From Candidatus Nanosynbacter sp. BB002 (GTDB lineage: Bacteria > Patescibacteriota > Saccharimonadia > Saccharimonadales > Saccharimonadaceae): a stretch of 32,000 nucleotides of DNA. The position numbers and the translations under genes were made by a program. This document shows positions 27,858-32,000 of this stretch, piece by piece. Numbering within the stretch: position 1 is the stretch's first letter; each line of letters starts with the position of its first letter. The DNA lies in contig NZ_CP146064.1 of assembly GCF_037013405.1 (NCBI RefSeq), positions 240,001 to 272,000 of the forward strand, given 5' to 3'. The notes below the pieces were generated by a model. It worked only from the letters and a program-made list of their open reading frames with translations. It was not told the DNA's origin and did no database searches.

Positions 27858-28277
27858 ATGAATTTGAAGCTAGTAACGCTCGGTGGTGTCAAGCTGGATG
27901 AGATGGTCTACTCGGTGACCATTCCGACGATTGACGGCGAGATTTCGGTGCTGCCGAGTCACGAACCGCTGGTGACGGTGGCGAGGGACGGCGTCATCAC
28001 TGTCCGTCGCACCAAGGAGACGCAGGAAGAAGAATTTTTTGCTATCTCCGGCGGTGTGGTAGAAATTGATCAAACAGGCGTGCGAATTTTGGTTGATGAA
28101 GCCGACCATGGTGACGACATCATTGAGGCAGAAACCCAGGCGGCACTAGAGCGAGCCATCGCAGCACGTGACAACGCCGACGACCAAATAGAGCGCGAGA
28201 AAGCCAAGCAGCTTATCGACCGACACTTAGTGCGGCTAAAGGTAGCAGATTTGCAGCGGCATAAGCGGCGACGCTAG
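27858..28277 (+). CDS. atpC: F0F1 ATP synthase subunit epsilon
   Basis: It has an N-terminal beta-sandwich (GEISVLPSHEPLVT...GGVVEI) and a C-terminal helical hairpin. It is last in the operon. Confidence 0.9.
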   Translation: MNLKLVTLGGVKLDEMVYSVTIPTIDGEISVLPSHEPLVTVARDGVITVRRTKETQEEEFFAISGGVVEIDQTGVRILVDEADHGDDIIEAETQAALERAIAARDNADDQIEREKAKQLIDRHLVRLKVADLQRHKRRR

Positions 28278-29140
28278 TAGTGATCGTTCATCACATCATT
28301 AATATTGATAGCTAGGCAGGCGATGATTTTACGCATCGTCTGTCTTTTGCTGTGAGGAAATATATTGTCAATCTGATCATGATATGGCCGCAGGAATAGA
28401 TCTTCAACCTGCTCTTCTGTTGGGTAGGGTGTTTGCTTGCCATATCGTGATAACGAGCTTAGATATAACGACAAATCTTCGCCAAATTTATATGGGTCGT
28501 TTTGTTTCTTTACACTAGTCAGGTCGATAATACGTGGCTGCTGGGTTATATCATAGGCTGTGTTCTTGACTTGAAAATCACCATGATGCAATCCTCGGTC
28601 ATGGAGCATTATGAGGCTTTGTGCCGCTATACCGAGTGTTAGAGATATACTAGAATCAGCAGGTCTTTGGCGCTCGTTATTTCCCCATAGAATGTTATCA
28701 CAGCTTGTCACGCCTTGTTCAAACTTTGTTATAGTACAGATTTTATTCCTGCCCTGTCCATCTTCTTTTCGTAAAAAGCCGATTGGCTCGAATGTTACAT
28801 GTCCACCCTCATTGAGTTTTATGGCTGTACGATAATCACGCGTGGCTAGCCATTCGACATCAAAAGGCTTGATGGCAACTGGTTGAGTGCTGAGTATTTC
28901 ATTATCGCCTAATACAGACAGGTCTGCGAAATGTACTTTTTGTACGCTATTATCGCGTCCTGTTTCGTAATCTTCTCTTGGGTTAAGCATGGCGGCTGTC
29001 GTTGAAGAGTCTACGGTTTCATGATTGTCAGAAACTAATAACAGATGATCCATTGGTAGTTGCTGTAATCGGGGCGTTAAGCCCTTTGTTGTTTGCTCGG
29101 GATTGATAGATAATAATGGAACTCTGCTAATTTCACCCAT
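28274..29140 (-). CDS. Atypical protein-kinase-fold protein (ePK/Kdo-kinase-like)
   Basis: It has a VAIK-type lysine (QPVAIKPFD), a catalytic-loop-like LHHGDFQVKN (HxDxxxxN) and IIDLTS in the DFG position. I see no obvious Gly-rich loop. The gene is visibly more AT-rich than its neighbours. TGgTATAAT ends 6 nt before the ATG at 29140. Confidence 0.5.
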   Translation of the reverse strand: MGEISRVPLLSINPEQTTKGLTPRLQQLPMDHLLLVSDNHETVDSSTTAAMLNPREDYETGRDNSVQKVHFADLSVLGDNEILSTQPVAIKPFDVEWLATRDYRTAIKLNEGGHVTFEPIGFLRKEDGQGRNKICTITKFEQGVTSCDNILWGNNERQRPADSSISLTLGIAAQSLIMLHDRGLHHGDFQVKNTAYDITQQPRIIDLTSVKKQNDPYKFGEDLSLYLSSLSRYGKQTPYPTEEQVEDLFLRPYHDQIDNIFPHSKRQTMRKIIACLAININDVMNDHY

Positions 29141-29215
29141 ATTACTATTATACCATAAGCATTATATTTTATCAAGCAATTTGCGTATAGCGCTAAGACT
29201 CTAATTAATACTAAT

Positions 29216-29695
29216 CTAAATAGCGACGTCTTCCGTCGTCTCTTCTCTGTCTTCAGCGATGCCAAAAGTAACAGCCACGAATAGAGACAGAACTACTACA
29301 AACCCTGAGATAATGGCGATAGCTTTTGATGTTTCAAATGAAATAGCGTTATTTGTATACACGGATAATGTTGAAAAGGTCTCTATGTCGCTAAAATCAG
29401 GCATTGCAAGGCCGCAGATAAATAATGAGATTGACATGACGATAAAGGAAACACGTACTATTGTGGTGAGATAGTCTTTTGATGCATGGCGTTTTTTCAC
29501 TTGTCGGGAGATGATTGCAAGACAGATACAGCTAACGATAAGTGCCCACGGGCCAAGTAGTGCTAGTACCCAACCGCCGATGCCAGTAATGAATCCGCGT
29601 GCGAGCGAGAACCAGATAGCACTTGCCCATAATGCTATAACGATCCATGTGTCTATAGTCTGTTGTTTTTGCAGTTTTTGTTTTTTTGTTGTCAT
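29216..29695 (-). CDS. Hypothetical four-TM membrane protein
   Basis: I place the start at ATG 29695 (MTTKKQKLQKQQ...), 1 nt after the dus stop. It has four hydrophobic segments and an acidic C-terminal tail. The gene is AT-rich. Confidence 0.55.
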   Translation of the reverse strand: MTTKKQKLQKQQTIDTWIVIALWASAIWFSLARGFITGIGGWVLALLGPWALIVSCICLAIISRQVKKRHASKDYLTTIVRVSFIVMSISLFICGLAMPDFSDIETFSTLSVYTNNAISFETSKAIAIISGFVVVLSLFVAVTFGIAEDREETTEDVAI

Positions 29696-29696
29696 G

Positions 29697-30812
<1,116 letters not shown>

Positions 30813-30830
30813 CTCTGTTATTTTACCATA

Positions 30831-30872
30831 CAAAGGAGAAAACCCCTCACTCTCGCCATTGAGAATGAGGGG
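30831..30872 (-). terminator. Strong rho-independent terminator closing the noncoding locus upstream of the dus promoter
   Basis: The minus-strand RNA reads CCCCUCA-U-UCUC-AAUGGC-GAGA-G-UGAGGGG followed by UUUUCUCCUUU. The stem arms are at 30843-30849 and 30866-30872. Confidence 0.75.
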
Positions 30873-30988
30873 CGTTGGTGGGCTCAAGCGGTTCTGCTCG
30901 GAGTTGATCTCGACGGTGAGAAAAACTGCCACGAGTGAATCTCGCGAACCCGGGGAGGGAGAGATGACACTCCATTGTGCCATCTCAG

Positions 30989-31058
30989 TGGATGTGACGG
31001 GAGTCGAACCCGCGAGACGGTGGACTTCGATTGTCCTGTCTCCCTACTTGGCACACCC
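30989..31058 (-). ncRNA. tRNA-like element with an alanine-type acceptor stem but truncated D arm and non-canonical anticodon arm
   Basis: The minus strand reads GGGUGUG-CC-AAGUAGGGAGACA-GGAC-AAUCGAA-GUCC-ACCGUCUC-GCGGG-UUCGACU-CCCGU-CACAUCC-A. It has a 7-bp acceptor with G3:U70 and A73, and a canonical T arm/loop. Only about 15 nt occupy the D-arm region, the anticodon-like stem has 4 bp, and position 33 is A rather than U. Confidence 0.4.
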
Positions 31059-31260
31059 TGACCATTCTGTGTTGAAAACATTGGTCTTCTCGATGTAGCG
31101 GTATACACCTGCTTTGTTTTGTTGTACGTCATTGGACCACAAAACAAAGGTGAGAAGTCAATGAAACTCAGGCGGAGTGGTGAAACACCCAAGTTTTTTC
31201 GCTTACACACGGCTTTACACGGGTGATGAGTCCGTGTGGCTGCGCATGCAACCGCGACGG

Positions 31261-31349
31261 CGGACACAGCGGGACTCGAACCCGCAGCCTCCCGTTGCGT
31301 CGACACCGTTGTCGACGCGGGCGCTCTGCCATTTAAGAGCTATATGTCC
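31261..31349 (-). ncRNA. tRNA-shaped element with canonical acceptor, D and T arms but a 12-bp extended helix and hexaloop instead of an anticodon arm
   Basis: The minus strand reads GGACAUA-UA-GCUC-UUAAAUGGCA-GAGC-G-CCCG-C-GCGUCGAC-AACGGU-GUCGACGC-AA-CGGG-AGGCU-GCGGG-UUCGAGU-CCCGC-UGUGUCC-G. It has a 5-nt variable loop like class I tRNAs. The anticodon position holds 14 extra nt, and I could find no 7-nt loop with U33. Confidence 0.4.
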
Positions 31350-31673
31350 TGTGATTCTTTTCTGGGCTACCAGCTGGGCGAATCACCCCAGGGGCGGACA
31401 GACGCCCTTTACTGACCGTGGGGGTCAGTGGTTTCGGGGTCGCACAAACCCCGACTGTCAAACCTCTACCAGTGGAGCTTCCTGGGACGGTCGCTCCGAC
31501 CTGTGGCCGCGTTTTCTATGGCCTGCTTCTCGAGCAGGATCGCGTAGAGGCAGTTGAGAGTTTCTCGCGGCGCTTTATGTTTGCAGGCATACTCATAGTC
31601 TTCCTGCGCACGGCGTCGCTCATCGGTCTGGTTTCCAGCCAAGGGTCTCACCCCCTTTCCGCCGCAGTTGCGG

Positions 31674-31771
31674 CAAAAGAAAAAGAGCTAACCCTCTCTC
31701 GAACCACGCTTTTGTGCGAAGCATGGTCAGGATTTGACGCCATTTGCGGCGTCAAATCGAGAAGTTAGCTC
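31674..31771 (-). ncRNA. 5' three-way-junction module followed by a U-tract (riboswitch/attenuator-like, or a ~115-nt sRNA)
   Basis: In the minus-strand RNA the closing helix pairs GAGCUAAC (31764-31771) with GUUAGCUC (31685-31692). It encloses hairpin GAUUUGACGCC-GCAAAU-GGCGUCAAAUC (31731-31758) and hairpin CCAUGC...GCGUGG (31704-31726). UUUUUCUUUUG (31674-31684) follows. Confidence 0.4.
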
Positions 31772-31792
31772 CACGAACAAAAGCTAGTGAAT

Positions 31793-31821
31793 ATCATAAC
31801 ACGAACTGTAAAAAATAGCAA
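31793..31821 (-). promoter_or_regulatory. Sigma-70-type promoter (TTGCTA-17-TATGAT) at the 5' end of the noncoding locus
   Basis: On the minus strand, TTGCTA is the complement of 31816-31821 and TATGAT is the complement of 31793-31798, with a 17-nt spacer. The promoter lies just downstream of the stop of the flanking partial CDS. Confidence 0.5.
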
Positions 31822-31838
31822 CAATATATGGAAAATAA

Positions 31839-32000
31839 TTATATTTCTTCTGTCAATAAGTCATTTTCGAACTGCAGCATACCTTTGTAGTCTGCGGAAT
31901 ACCCAGAGATGTCTGGCAGATCCAGGGTGGTGATTTTACGCCAGACGACGCCGACAAGCCGAGCAAATTCAGCTAATTCCTCCTCGGAGAACGTATCCTC
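31839..32000 (-). CDS. C-terminal 53 codons of an unidentified protein; its 5' part lies outside the window
   Basis: An open frame runs from the window edge to TAA (complement of 31839-31841): EDTFSEEELAEFARLVGVVWRKITTLDLPDISGYSADYKGMLQFENDLLTEEI*. The composition is protein-like, but I recognise no family. Confidence 0.5.
   Translation of the reverse strand, partial: EDTFSEEELAEFARLVGVVWRKITTLDLPDISGYSADYKGMLQFENDLLTEEI

Noticed and set aside
31380-31480. A third tRNA in the stretch AGCUCCACUGGUAGAGG...UCGGGGU-UUGUGCG-ACCCCGA...ACUGACC-CCCAC-GGUCAGU
   Set aside because: A D-loop-like CUGGUAG motif and a 7-nt loop with U33 (GUG triplet) are present. There is no T loop (UUCGA), no acceptor pairing, the spacing is wrong, and position 37 is a pyrimidine. 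I treat it as generic hairpins within the larger RNA.
30989-31786. Identification of the locus as tmRNA (ssrA) or RNase P RNA
   Set aside because: I considered tmRNA because of the Ala-type acceptor (G3:U70, A73), the T arm, and a 5' GGAGCUAACUUCUCGAUUUGACG segment reminiscent of tmRNA 5' ends. However, the acceptor strands of each tRNA-like module are adjacent rather than ~350 nt apart. I found no tag ORF ending in a hydrophobic Ala-Ala-stop, and no permuted partner strand (GGG[CU]A[CU]A). For RNase P, the universal GGAAAGUCC and ACAGAA..CGGCUUA motifs are absent. This is not excluded without a covariance-model search.

Overview
The window is a gene-dense chromosomal segment of a small-genome bacterium with a Gram-positive-type envelope. 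Gene content suggests Candidatus Saccharibacteria (TM7)/Patescibacteria: sortase plus an LPXTG protein, a WhiB-like protein, a pilin-like adhesin, few biosynthetic genes and many leaderless-type promoters. That assignment is an inference only. I support about 40 CDS. Housekeeping genes are gltX, xth, pyrH, smpB, an ABC-F ATPase, a glutaredoxin-like protein, dus, and a complete F1Fo ATP synthase operon (atpZ-like, then atpB, E, F, H, A, G, D, C). The operon carries one extra gene between atpG and atpD. Envelope and surface genes are a DUF4367-like membrane protein, a PEGA protein, a sortase, two tandem VanY/M15B peptidases, an LPXTG/PKD protein with Cys repeats, two GT4 glycosyltransferases, and a PilX-N/RCC1/ricin-lectin pilin-like protein. 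There is one canonical tRNA-Leu(CAA). Three observations stand out. (1) A ~0.95 kb minus-strand locus (about 30831-31821) has no credible ORF. It runs from a near-consensus promoter to a terminator, is densely helical, and holds two non-canonical tRNA-shaped modules; I could not assign it to tmRNA or RNase P by eye. (2) Two in-frame insertions of ~156 and ~171 nt interrupt conserved cores of the ABC-F gene and of dus. They share nucleotide blocks and a hairpin core independently of reading frame, like Rickettsia-type palindromic elements. (3) A WhiB-like Fe-S protein is encoded divergently from a sigma-70 region-4 protein. I saw no CRISPR array, rRNA, transposase or integrase.
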